NCBI RefSeq assembly: GCF_006345805.1
Contig: NC_043022.1
Coordinates: 10,230,001-10,294,000 of the forward strand
Source of the DNA: Octopus sinensis
Lineage: Eukaryota
Reading direction: 5' to 3'
DNA length: 64,000 nucleotides
Below are positions 51,724 to 64,000 of this stretch, piece after piece. The position numbers and the translations under genes were made by a program. How positions within the stretch are numbered: position 1 is the stretch's first letter; each line of letters begins with the position of its first letter. The notes under the pieces were generated by a model. It was given only the letters and a program-made list of their open reading frames with translations. It did no database searches and was not told the origin of the DNA.

Positions 51724-52899
51724 TTTGATTATATTACATTACGCTGCATAGCTTGCTTCGTTCATTTTAGCTTCTTACCTGCTTCGGGTCACTTCGTCCT
51801 TCGCCCCCTTTCTTCAAAGACAAACTTCCACCTACCTTCTTCACTAATTTTGCTAGCCCTACAATTTCAAACAAGCGTCTCCGGTTTGTCATAAATTTTA
51901 CTTTTCTGCCGACAGAACTCACTATTTGACTTCGTTCTCCGTTTTGTTCGTCTTAGATTTAAAAGATAATTTTTCTTCGAATTTTGCGTGCTTGCGGTTG
52001 TCTCAACACTAAAATTTGGGCACGTTGAGGCATGTGTGCAATTCTGTTGATTAAAAATTGCCTTGACCCTCACAGCAGCAGCAGCAGTTAATCAAAGACT
52101 ATAGCGACCTTGTTTATATCTTATGCTGTGGTGTTTTACCTGTTGTCCGTGCTTCATTTTGCTTCTATATGATATTAATACCACAGAAAATAATTTACAT
52201 ATGCATATACATACATATCTCCGTGCGTGTGTTGTAAGTATGTATGTATCGAAATACATGGATTTCTTTTTACTTAATTACTTTTTGTTATGTCAGGTAT
52301 TTTATGAAAAAAAATGTAAATGACATACAACGTTCATTCCTTCCCTCTCTCCACACGCACGCACACACACACACAGACACACACACACACATGCAGACAC
52401 ACACAGAGACACAGACACACAAACATAATTATCTGTCAACATAGTTATTTGGTTAGAAAAAGTGTGAGAGAGACACAGAGAGACAGACAGATAGACAGAA
52501 TGATAGTGAAAGCTGATTCAGGTCATGGCTAGGGTATCTGGGGTTTCTGTAACTTAATGTGTAATTTTACAGCTGTCAACTCATTTATCAGGTTGCTGCT
52601 GTTGTTCTTGCTGACATTCTTTAGCCTCCGGTTAATTGTGATCCACCATCTCGTCATCCCCATCCCGCTTTTTTATTGAAAGTTGTTTTTACTACGTCAT
52701 CCAGTATCGACTTCCGTTTTGTGTCACTTTTTAAAGACTGCAGTATAGGAGTTGATGATAATTTCACTGCTATTTCTAGCAGGTCATACGACCATATAGA
52801 TCCACTGAGTTTACGTAAAAATGGCACAAGTGAAAAGATAGGTAAAAATGACACAATAAGCAACGTACGTTGAGACAGCTTGATGAAGTTTGGAACGTA

Positions 52900-54282
52900 T
52901 GTCAAACTGTCCCAATAACTCCTTAACAAAGTAAATACGAAACCAGTAAGTCTGGTTTTGCAAAACAGATATAAGATCAACTATTATGAAATGGAGATGT
53001 GTTAAGAGAACATCTTTTTGTAAAGACACCATGACCACCAGCCTTGATATCACTGATATCATGCTCGTAACTCTGCAGCTATTTCAGCCGCAAAATGCAT
53101 CAACAACATGGAGAAAAACAGCAGAAGCAGACGATAAACCTAGTCAGATTTACAACAATAACATGGATGGCTTTTCAGCTGAAGGAATGGCGTTACTTCC
53201 AAGTGAGGACATTATAAAGAGAACTTTGCGTAACCAAAGATCAAAAACTCTGTCCACAAGTACCAGGAAGACTCGAGGATCTGAAATTTTCTGGAGAATA
53301 GACAACTACTGCAGCTCCCGAACCCAAACCATTTTTGCTCTTCGATAATGGACCAGACACTGGCAACCACACCGTTGCGTTTGGTTCTGATGAATCACTG
53401 CGGTTACTTACTTCTGCTGATATATGGCTGATGGATGGCAACTATGCAATGGTTCCGCTAGAATTTCTACAGCTTTATGTAATACGCGTACCAGTTGGTA
53501 ATACTGATGCTTCTACTGTTTTTCTTGTCTGCAGACTAAAACACAAGATACATATGAAACCCTGCTGCAAGCAGTCATGGGTTGTTGCCACGAGATTGAA
53601 CTCTACCTAGACACAACAACCATAATTGCTGAGTTCGAGCAGACGATCATCCAAGCAATCAACAATGTTTTGGGACCAGAAACACGCACACAAGTTTGTT
53701 TCTACCACCTGACTCAGAGTAGCTGGAGAAAAATAGAGGACCTTGGCCTTACCAGCCACTTCAAAGAGAGTGAGGATTTTTGATCGACTCATTGACATTT
53801 ATACCAGTTGAAGATGTTCCAGCAGGAATGCAATTACTCAAGGCTAGATGTCCTGATGGGACAGCTTCCCTGCTAGAGTACTTCGACCAAACCTATGTTT
53901 CTGGTACAACTCCCAACCAGGCATTCCAGCAAGATTTCCTCCAGAACTTTGGAACGTACATCAAGCTACCATGAATGACTGCCCAAAAACCAACAGTCTA
54001 TGTGAAGGCTGGAACAGCAAATTTTATCATCATGTTGGCTACCAGCACCCATCTATCTGGAAACTTATAAGGACAATCCAGAAGGAAGAGGCTGTTGTGA
54101 GTGTAGTGATAGCAAGGGACTTCGTGAACCACACAGGAAGAAAACAAAGAAAGTATGTTGATCTACAACAAGGACTAAAAAATTTATGCAAAGACTACAC
54201 AGAAGGAAGGAAAAACCTCGAACCAGTGTTACGCGGACTTGGTCACAAACATAAGATTCTAGTTATTAAATTCTGTTTTTAA
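52900..54282 (+). pseudogene. Decayed Mutator (MULE) transposase with FLYWCH-like N-terminus
   Basis: KWRCVKR..CK, WLMDGNY..VP..FLQLYVI, EFEQ..IQAI..V...QVCFYHLTQS.WRKI..LGL and KTNSLCEGWNSKF...HPSIWKLI; split over several frames. Confidence 0.85.
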
Positions 54283-55045
54283 GGCTTAATATAAAACGGT
54301 GTTCTCATGTTTAAACACGTTTGATTTTATTATAATTGTCTTTCATGAATTTTCAGCGTATAAATCTAGATCAAAAAACAGAGGTTATACGGTATATGTT
54401 ATATTAGGAAAATAGATCTTATACAAAACTAATTTTTAAAGTATTCTACTTCTTTTGCCATTTTTACCTGCACCCTTATTACCGTTCACCAGATCCACTT
54501 CATTGTAGTTGCCGATCCACTACCGTTGTTGTTATTGTTGGTGCTGTGTTATTATTGTCTTTGTTACTGTAGTTGCTGCTGTATTTGTTATTGTGGTTGT
54601 TGGTTACCCTCAAGTCAGCTCTGATAAACCAGTCATTTCACCAAAGGCGTTCCAGCCATGATCACACAGTCTGGCCTTATTTCAAATTTCCAAGCAAGTT
54701 TATATAACACTATCATTATCCGCTGTGCTCCCACCCCATTTATTTTTATATAAGACTATGGTTGGCTGTGGTTTGTGTGAGATATTTGACTATTATTTCT
54801 AGCATATCGTTTAAGTCCTGTCGCTGTTGGTCTTTCTAAGGAATGCGTTAATTGCTTTTAATCTCGTATTTGCGGAGACGATCTAAAAAATGACAGACGA
54901 CATACGTTTATCTTATCTTGCTTGACAACAACTCTTTCTGTCTGTCTGTATGTCTGTCTCTCCCCCCCTCTCTCTCTCTCTCTCACACCCACACACTCTC
55001 TCTCTCTCACACACACTCACTCTCTCTCTCTCTCTCACACACTCA

Positions 55046-55106
<61 letters not shown>

Positions 55107-56203
55107 TCACTCTCTCTCTCTCTCTCTGGTTTCAAAAAACAACATTACTCTTCCGTCTCCTATTACCCACCAGCCTCACATCTCCACTCGGACTCACATG
55201 TCTCCTCCTCCCCTCACTTCACTTAACTCCACGCCCCCACTCTCCTTCCACTCACTCTCCACTCCAGCTCCACTCTTGAGGACGGCAACAGAAGCTGGGT
55301 AATCTAGGATTTACTCCTAAAAGTGCTATTAGCTCGCTAACAGTACGAAGCTGGGCTGAAAATTTCATTGGAGTGATGCTAGAGCTGTGAAATTTTGCAT
55401 ACATTAATTTCAATACGTCATATTTAATAACTGCGTTGCTTCTTTCTCAGTAAACTGACATCTGATTGTTCAAGGAACCTTTCAAAAGTACATTACAACA
55501 ATATCTAGCTGTAATCACCCGGTATTCAGCGCACCCCACCCTTCTATACTGCTATTTCTCCTCCCTATCTCTCCCTCCTATCTCCCCCTCCCGTTCCCTT
55601 TCTCTTCCCTCTTATCCGCTGCCCCTCTTTCACACGTTCTCATCTTACTGTCGTTGACTAGTTTTTTGCTCAAATGTATGTCAAACTTCACACAGCCTCA
55701 CACACACACACACACACACAAGCACATATACACACATATTCACACACACACACACCACACAAGCACATATACACACATATTCACACACACATACAAACAC
55801 ACACAAGCACATATACACACATATTCACACAGACACAGCAAACACACACGCATATGCACACACATATGCACACGCATATATACACACACGCACATACACA
55901 CACACGCACCCACAAATACACACACATACACACACGCGCATATGTTCTACATTTTTATATGCCTCTTAGTATCTCGCCTGCTGTTGTTAATGCCTGACAA
56001 CTGCTTTGCTATTGATGTCTATTGAGGTAGAAACAATTCTACTCCTGCCCTTTTATCTCCAAACAAAGACGCTGTGTTTATTTGTTTTGTTTTGTTTTAT
56101 TACGACATATCGACTTCGGAAAATTTTAAACTCTTGAGATTTGGAGTTTGTGCCAGTTACCACCAGGCTATCGTTTTACGTTCCTCCTTGGAAACCGAGA
56201 GGA

Positions 56204-56383
56204 TCTTATATTATAAAAGAGAAGCTGATCTCCGTCTGTCTGTCCGTCACAAGATATAAGTGGAGGGGGAGGAAGAAAGGAAGAAATCAGCAAGGGAGAT
56301 ATCCGCTGTCACAGCATATATTTAGAACGAGAGAAGAAGAGAAAAAGTTGCTATTCAGGGGAGAAAGAGAGAGTGTGTGAGAG

Positions 56384-56414
<31 letters not shown>

Positions 56415-57036
56415 TGTATGTATGTATGTATGTATGTAGGTAGGTAGGTAGGTAGGTAGGTAGGTAGGTAGGTAGGTAGGTAGGTAGGTAGGTCGGTAGA
56501 TATGTAAGTAGGTAGGTAGTGTTGTCACCATGATAACTAATAAGTTTCGATTAGAAATGCAGGAATTTTAAGTGAAAGTCTGTCAACACAACGCAACACA
56601 GATTAAAAAAAAAACTTTCACTATATAACGATATAGATAGTTATTTGTTTTAGTTTTGTGTGTGTGTGTGTGTGCATTCCTGTGTTTTTCTGTATGTCTT
56701 TCAACATAGAGACAACGCAACACAGACTTTTAAAAATCACTTCACTATAATGACAGGTTGTTTTTACAGTTGAGAGAGAAATTCAGTGAGTGAATGAGAG
56801 GGAGAGAGAGAGAAAGGGAGGGAGTGAGAGTGTGTGTGTGAGTGTGTGTGTGTGTGTACAGATAGACAGATAGGTGAAAGATAGACAGATAGGTGAAAGA
56901 TAGACAGATGGGTAAACTGTTGTCACCATAGTAACTTACGTGACTTTCCCAATGTAACAGTCTACTGTTAAGAAAATTCGCGTGCATGATTAACATATAA
57001 ATTTTTACCGGCAGCGTAGCGACGGGTGAGACCTAG
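56204..57036 (+). mobile_element. Non-autonomous Helitron, ~830 bp
   Basis: A|TCTTATATTATAAAAG 5' end; imperfect GC hairpin at about 57007-57027, then CTAG|T; interior is (TATG)n(TAGG)n plus short duplications. Confidence 0.7.
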
Positions 57037-57221
57037 TTTCTGCAATTCAAGCATACAGTCAATCCTAAATGGTATTTAGTATAGCTTTATTCGTCCTTGT
57101 TGAACAAATACATACCACTAGCCAATTTGAATTATCTTACAGAGCTTATTTTCGTTTAAATTATGCAATACTCTTATACATGTCAAAATACTTTGTCTGC
57201 TAGAGTCAAGTGGGACGACCA

Positions 57222-57264
57222 CTGTGCTGATGACGCTTACTGAGGCAGAAACACGTTTCTACAG
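57222..57264 (+). ncRNA. Decayed hammerhead motif
   Basis: CUGUG-CUGAUGA-CGCU..GGCA-GAAAC(ACGU)UUC/UACAG; stem I intact, mismatches in stems II and III. Confidence 0.45.
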
Positions 57265-57459
57265 CTGTCCACTGGTCTCTAGACTGACTTTTTAAAGAGT
57301 CCTTGACACTTGGGATTATCTCACCTTTTAGCGTGTGCGCCAGGCGATTTTCTTACCTTCTCTGGAAGTGGAGATAATTCATTAAATCGAGAATTTACCT
57401 TGTATCAGATTTGAAATATTTTTTTATTCATCTCTCTCTCTCTCCCTCCTCTCTCTCTC

Positions 57460-57510
<51 letters not shown>

Positions 57511-57634
57511 TCTCTTTACCTCGTTTCGTCTCACTCTGTGAGTGTATGCATGCATGCATGTATGTGTGTGCATGCATGCATGCATTATGTATGTATGTAT
57601 GTATGTATGCATGCATATATGTATGTATGTGTGT

Positions 57635-57666
<32 letters not shown>

Positions 57667-57942
57667 AATAATAATAATAATAATGAAATTATTGTGTCTA
57701 GTGCTCAGGTGCACTACAACTCATCAAAGGTGTATGTGCAGTACATAGGATTATGCACAAAAGCCAGGAAAGTGAACAGTGTATGAGTTATGATATACAT
57801 GTATGCATGCATCTGGAGGGGGGATATCAGGTACGTTAACTCCATGTATGCATGTATGTATGCATGCATGCATACATGCATGCATGTATACATGTATGTA
57901 TGCATGCATGTATGCATGTATGCATGTATGTATGTATGTATG

Positions 57943-57973
<31 letters not shown>

Positions 57974-58602
57974 GAAAGAAAGAAAGAAAGAAAGAAAGTA
58001 TGTGACTGGTCGCCAAATGTAGAAGAATCCATAATAATCAACGAGCTGGTCAAATATTCTTAACCGCATTTTCGCATCAATCATCTTTGTTGACAGCACA
58101 AGGAATTATTTGTTCCTTCCGTTCGTTGCTACGATCGTCGTTGTTGTTTAAAACACATGAATGCCGTGACTGTTGTACGTGTTCGCTGGCCATTAAGCTG
58201 TGCTCTTTCTCTCGCACACTTTATTTGCTGTATAATAAATACGTTTGTCTTCGGTCAGTGTCCTATATAGATCAGTTTTCGAAGAACTGAACTGCGAGCG
58301 ATAAAAGCCGCCGTTTGCAATTCTGAAAGCAAATATTCACATCAACATTTCAGTCATTACAAGAAGACAAATTGTCAATTGTCGAGCCATGTGAACTGAT
58401 TGTGATAGGGGTGATGTTACCTGCCATTAATTCTTTAGAATTATACATAAAATAAATAAATAAATCGTTAATGAAAAGCCTGAATAATTATACTGTTGGT
58501 TGTATTCAATGGAAACTGAAGAACTTAGATCCTCCTTGCACTATATATAAACCTAGTCATTCGCGACACACGGATGCAGTCGTCAATATTATCTCTCAGT
58601 GT

Positions 58603-59650
58603 AAGGTGGTGAGTTGGCAGAATCGTTAGCACGCCGGGCAAAATGCATAGCGGTATTTCGTCTGTCGCTACGTTCTGAGTTCAAATTCCGCCGAGGTCGA
58701 CTTTGCCTTTCATCCTTTCGGGGTCGATAAATTAAGTACCAGTTACGCACTGTGGTCGATGTAATCGACTTAATACCTATGTCTGTCCTTGTTTGTCCCC
58801 TCTATGTTTGGCCCCTTGTGGGTAATAAAGAAATAGGTATTTCGTCTGATTATTTCATTTGCTGCTACGTTCTGAGTTCAAATTCCGCCGAGATCGACTT
58901 TGCCTTTCATCCTTTCGGGGTTGATTAAATAAGTACCAGTTACGCACTGGGATCGATATAATCGACTTAATCCGTCTGTCTGTCCTTGTTTGTCCCCTCT
59001 GTGTTTAGCCCCTTGTGGGTTGTAAAGAAATAGGTATTTCGTCTGATTTTACGTTCTGAGTTCAAACTCCGCCGAGATCGATTTTGCCTTCTGTCTGGAA
59101 TCGATAAAGTACCAGTTAAGCACTGGGGTTGCTGTGACCTATTAGCCCTTTTCCCCAAAAATTTCAGGCCATGTGCCTATAGAAGAAAGGGATATTATCT
59201 CTCTGAGCTGACGGAGTCGTTAACCCGCTTGGCAAAATGCTTAACGGCATTTCGTCCGTCTTTACGTTCTGAGCTCAAATTCCGTCGGGGGTCGACTCTA
59301 CCTTTCATCCTTTCGGGCTCGATAAAATAAATACCAGTTGAGCACTGGAGTCGATGTAACCGACTTACCCCTCCCCAGATGTTGCTGGCCTTGTGCCAAA
59401 AATTGAAACCCATACGATATCTCTGTGTTAAGGCGACAAGAAATCAGACTCGACAGCAAACCGGGCAAAATGCTTTGCGGTATTTCGTCCGCCTTTATGT
59501 TCCGAGTTGAAATTCCGCCAAGGTCGACTGTACCTTTTATCCTTCCGTGCAGTCGATAAAATAAGTACCAGTTCAGCACTGGAGTTAATGTAACCGAGTT
59601 AACCACTTCCTCGAAATTGCTGTTCTTGTGCCAAAATTTGAAACGATTAT
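58603..59650 (+). mobile_element. Head-to-tail cluster of about 5 SINE family A copies
   Basis: Repeated TACGTTCTGAGTTCAAA body with long-tail and short-tail variants of differing divergence. Confidence 0.8.
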
Positions 59651-59919
59651 TATCTCTGTATGTAAAAGGCCAAGTCACAGGTCACTCTTTCGTTTGTTGG
59701 TTGTGTCACGCTTTAGAAATATCAAAAGGTGACAAGTTATATTATGAAGAACGAAGAGGAAGAATTAAGAGATGGATCGAAAGAAGAAAAGGCGAACGAT
59801 AATCGTTATCGGCGAAAACACCTGAGACGTTATTGTCGGAGAAAAAAGGTGTTACATTTATGATTTTAAACACCGTGTCTCGCATCACATCTACCCAAGC
59901 CCTCCTACATCACAACACT

Positions 59920-60141
59920 TACGAGGGAGGTGCTGAAAAGTTTCTAGCTTTGGGTGAAAGAAAATACAGGAGGATCAGTTAATTAGGATTTCATTCAACA
60001 TATTCCCTTCTCAGATTCACACACTTATTACAGCAGTCCTTCAGTTTTTCTAAGCTCTGTAGAAGAACTCGGAAGGTTGGGCCTCCATCCAGGCGTTTCG
60101 CGACACTCTTAAATCAAAAAGCCTTTTAGCACCTCCTCGTA
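59920..60141. mobile_element. Mariner-derived MITE with TA TSD
   Basis: TA-CGAGGGAGGTGCTGAAAAG ... TTTTAGCACCTCCTCG-TA; interior is the reverse of 19044-19250. Confidence 0.8.
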
Positions 60142-60164
60142 TATCGCTTACTGTGTTTCTCACG

Positions 60165-60740
60165 CATGGGTTTTATAGGTTTATTGCTCATATAATTTTT
60201 ACAATATTTTTTCATATTTTTCCTGTATTCTACCTTCCACCCTGCATTTCCCTGTGCGTATACAGACTTGTATGTGGAATCTATTGTGCGCGCGCGTGGG
60301 TGTGTGCGTGTGTGTGGGTATGTGCGTATATAGACGTGTGTATGTGTGCGTTGATGCGAGTATGTGCGTATATAGACGCGTTTTACTCATTGCTTATTTT
60401 TTACACATTTTTACACATTTTTCTGTATTTTACCTTTAGCCCTGTTTTTTCTTGCGCATGTGCGTATATAGACGTGTGTATGAACCCTTTTTTGTGCGCG
60501 TGTGTGTGCGTATATAGACGTATGCGCGTATATAGACGTGTGTGTGCGTGCATACGGGTATGTGCATATATAAACGTGTTTTATTCTTATCGCTTATTTT
60601 TTTAATATTTCTTTATACTTTTTCTGTATTTTGCCTTTAGCCCTGTTTTTATTTTTTGTGCATGTGCGTATATAGACGTGTGCATGGACATTTTTTTTGT
60701 GCGCGTGTGTGTGCGAGCGTGTATGAGGGTATGTATATAT
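60165..60740. repeat. Degenerate ~200-bp tandem repeat (about 3 units) with internal GTGCGTATATAGACGT subrepeats
   Basis: Recurrent CTTATTTTTT...CTGTATTTT..CCTTTAGCCCTG motifs. Confidence 0.65.
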
Positions 60741-61019
60741 TTTTAGGTGAATGTGTGGGTGAGCATGTGTTTGTTTCAAGTGAGGGTGGATGAGTATATA
60801 CTTATAGGCGCATGTACGTGGGTGTTCTGGCGCGCATGTGTAGGTATGGACATGTGCGCTTACGCGAATACAATGAACCTTTTCCCCCCTTACCTACCTT
60901 TACTCCCTCTCCTTACTTAGCGGTCATTCTAATAGCTCTTTTGTCTTAATAACGGTCAATCACACAGTAATTTCCCATTGTTTAACGGTCATTTTCATAG
61001 CATTTTTTTCGATTGGCCG

Positions 61020-61080
61020 GATAACTGAAGAGATGGCGGCGTTGGTTTCCGCCCCGACATCAGAAACTCGGAGTTTTATC
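61020..61080 (+). ncRNA. Type I hammerhead motif with one extra A before GAAA
   Basis: GAUAA-CUGAAGA-GAUG(...)CAUC-A-GAAACUCGGAGUU/UUAUC; stem I is a perfect 5 bp; in a pLTR-like pyrimidine-rich element (about 60880-61190) ending at (TA)n. Confidence 0.6.
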
Positions 61081-61427
61081 ATGGCTACCGAATAATTGTC
61101 ACATATTATATTTACAGATAAATTCCTCTATTTACATCATATCGAGGTCTCTTTCATTCTTTTGTTGTCTTACCATTTCTATCAATATATGTATATATAT
61201 ATATTTATATGTACATAGATAATACATACACGCATACATGTATGTATATATATATATATATTATATGTGTGTGTGTATAAAAATACAAACTGGGACAAGA
61301 ATGCAAAACCTTTAGGAGACGATACAAAAAACATGAACGGGACATTCGAAGCTTTCAATCTTCAGTCAAGAACCGGATCATCCTCGCAATATATATATAT
61401 ATATATATATATATATCTATATATATA

Positions 61428-61467
<40 letters not shown>

Positions 61468-61647
61468 GTGCTTGGCCAAGTGCTTTAGGGTGTTAGGTTC
61501 ATAGGCTCAAAATCGTCCATACAGTTCTTGGAACAGGTAACGGTGCCTTGTGCCCTTGAGTAAAGGCATTTCGAGTTTTAGTCATTCAGTTAACTCAGTT
61601 TTATGTATGTGAGTATATGTGAGTACAAGCACCTGGCTGGTACTCAC

Positions 61648-61706
61648 AGAACTCATCGTGTTCCCTTCCCGCATCACTTGTCAGAGGCTTGACCCTGAAG
61701 AATATC
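61648..61706 (-). other. Candidate 59-nt exon
   Basis: CCATCTTTTATGTCCAG acceptor and TCT|GTGAGT donor. Confidence 0.4.
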
Positions 61707-62083
61707 CTGGACATAAAAGATGGATTTAAAGAGATGATTGCACCAGCAGTCGAGTGATACTCGTTGTTAGTTAAATATACTGCAACAACGTGAAATGTAA
61801 TACACAGTTCAAGCATCGAAACCGCGAACTTGAGTTCAAAACTCTATCCATTAATGCACGCACACACAAATATATATATATGAGGGAGATAGAGAAACAG
61901 AGAGAGGGGGGGGGCTTCTTTCCTTGCTAGGAAATACAGGGTTAAAATCTGAGTAAAGAAAAGTATAAATTAATGTGCCGGTTTTGCCATCCGTCACAGA
62001 AAAGTCGCCTTTGGACCAACATGAAATCTATCTGTATACAATATATATATACACACACACACACACACCACACACACACACAC

Positions 62084-62166
<83 letters not shown>

Positions 62167-62536
62167 TGTGGTGTGTGTGTGTGGAGAGAGAGAGAGAGAG
62201 ACAGACAGAGACAGAGTGAGGGATACAAACAAATAGACAGTTAGACAATACATACATAAATACATACATACAGGCGTAGACAGAGAGATAGTGTGCATGT
62301 GCCAAACACGCGGCTTTGAGTTCGTGGCTAACGAGGCCAATCGCGCCCGCAGTCTCATCTGATAAACATATTTGCTTTGTGATTGTCACTTAAAAGAAAG
62401 GGTCATTGAATGCTGGGTAGGTGAGGTCGGGGTAGAGTCCTTATGACAAGAGATAAAACGGGTGGGCAATAACAGCTGTAGAATTCCTTTTGCAGGATGA
62501 CGTAAGACAACATATGTCGACTAAGTTTCCACTTAC

Positions 62537-62570
62537 CTTTCATTGCCACAGCCTCTTGTCTGCGACAGTT
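62537..62570 (-). other. Candidate 34-nt exon (copy 1)
   Basis: TTACTTAGCTATTTAG acceptor and AAAG|GTAAGT donor. Confidence 0.45.
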
Positions 62571-62909
62571 CTAAATAGCTAAGTAACATGTATTCTTTAT
62601 TGACCGATCTCTGCCTCTCGGCTCGCCACTTGTGTTCTTTTCTTTTCCCTTTTTAATTTAGAGTAAAGCTTGACCGGTCACCTGTTTGGTACCGAGGTTG
62701 CGAAGGAAAGCATCTTGTTTAGTTCATCATCCTTTAAAGTTCAAGAAGGTCTTGCAGGTTTTTATAGTCTCAATGTATGTATGTATGTATGTATGTATGT
62801 ATGTATGTATGTATGTAGTATGTATGTATGTGTGTGTGCGTGTGTATGTATGTGTGTGTATGTATGTATAGATAGATACACACACACACACCACACACAA
62901 CACACACAC

Positions 62910-62993
<84 letters not shown>

Positions 62994-63363
62994 TGTGTGT
63001 GTGTGTGTGTGGTGGAGAGAGAGAGAGACAGACAGAGACAGAGTGAGGGATACAAACAAATAGACAGTTAGACAATACATACATAAATACATACATACAG
63101 GCGTAGACAGAGAGATAGTGTGCATGTGCCAAACACGCGGCTTTGAGTTCGTGGCTAACGAGGCCAATCGCGCCCGCAGTCTCATCTGATAAACATATTT
63201 GCTTTGTGATTGTCACTTAAAAGAAAGGGTCATTGAATGCTGGGTAGGTGAGGTCGGGGTAGAGTCCTTATGACAAGAGATAAAACGGGTGGGCAATAAC
63301 AGCTGTAGAATTCCTTTTGCAGGATGACGTAAGACAACATATGTCGACTAAGTTTCCACTTAC

Positions 63364-63397
63364 CTTTCATTGCCACAGCCTCTTGTCTGCGACAGTT
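63364..63397 (-). other. Candidate 34-nt exon (copy 2)
   Basis: Identical to 62537-62570, with identical splice sites. Confidence 0.45.
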
Positions 63398-63705
63398 CTA
63401 AATAGCTAAGTAACATGTATTCTTTATTGACCGATCTCTGCCTCTCGGCTCGCCACTTGTGTTCTTTTCTTTTCCCTTTTTAATTTAGAGTAAAGCTTGA
63501 CCGGTCACCTGTTTGGTACCGAGGTTGCGAAGGAAAGCATCTTGTTTAGTTCATCATCCTTTAAAGTTCAAGAAGGTCTTGCAGGTTTTTATAGTCTCAA
63601 TGTATGTATGTATGTATGTGTGTGTATGTATGTATGTATGTATGTATGTATGTATGTATGTGTGTGTGCGTGTGTATGTATGTGTGTGTATGTATGTATA
63701 GATAG

Positions 63706-63742
<37 letters not shown>

Positions 63743-63796
63743 TTATGCATGTATGTATGTACGTATGTACGTATTAATTTATGTATGAATACATAC

Positions 63797-63841
63797 AGGC
63801 TTGAGAAAGGATCCAGGAATCCAGAAGGTTGTCCTCATTCG
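63797..63841 (-). other. Candidate 45-nt exon
   Basis: CTTCATTTGTTTTATACTCAG acceptor and CCT|GTATGT donor. Confidence 0.45.
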
Positions 63842-64000
63842 CTGAGTATAAAACAAATGAAGAATGGAGTTGTCCATATTACATTCGTTTCACAGATTAC
63901 ATTTGTTTCAATAACAGATTAGCAACACGTTATACAACATGCTTGAAGTCATGGAAAGCAACATTTTGGTGCGATTGTTACAGGCTGTTCACGTCTCATA

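Larger units (their letters stand above)
62050..63735. repeat. Tandem duplication, period 827 bp
   Basis: The unique core at about 62200-62775 recurs at about 63027-63602 with no difference seen by eye; the boundaries lie in microsatellites. Confidence 0.95.

Noticed and set aside
59738-59857. 39-aa charged ORF MKNEEEELRDGSKEEK...
   Set aside because: Purine-rich low-complexity sequence, no splice support, and too short to distinguish from chance.
62689-62738. Extra 50-nt minus-strand exon candidate (DDELNKMLSFATSVPN) and the plus-strand VKLDRSPVWYRGCEGKHLV*
   Set aside because: The GTGACC donor is weak; neither reading has supporting homology.
6-63922. Most ORFs in the track (YI/CV/HT/MYV-rich, poly-I, poly-M, SL-rich)
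   Set aside because: They are translations of di-, tri- and tetranucleotide microsatellites or of SINE sequence, with no domain signature.

Overview
Eukaryotic, AT-rich, microsatellite-saturated DNA with no long intact host gene. The tRNA-derived SINE families and the (TA)n/(CATA)n/(TATC)n landscape look like an octopod cephalopod (Octopus); this is an inference from recognising the repeats. Most ORFs in the supplied track are microsatellite read-through. The real coding remnants are all from transposons: a young 5'-truncated Tx1/L1-clade LINE with zf-RVT (plus two decayed copies, one with YADD), RTE-like LINE ends, a Helitron helicase fragment inside a complete TC...CTAG Helitron, a Penelope-like GIY-YIG endonuclease, a decayed hAT and a decayed MULE/FLYWCH transposase. 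The main unannotated signals are four. (1) Nine hammerhead-ribozyme motifs in Penelope-like or short non-autonomous elements, often beside (TA)n tracts and in inverted-repeat structures. (2) The dominant SINE shares its ~50-nt 3' tail with the Tx1 LINE, which sits inside a (TATC)n tract. (3) One SINE head is joined to several interchangeable tails. (4) A chain of small minus-strand exon candidates near the right end, including a 34-nt exon copied by a recent 827-bp tandem duplication.
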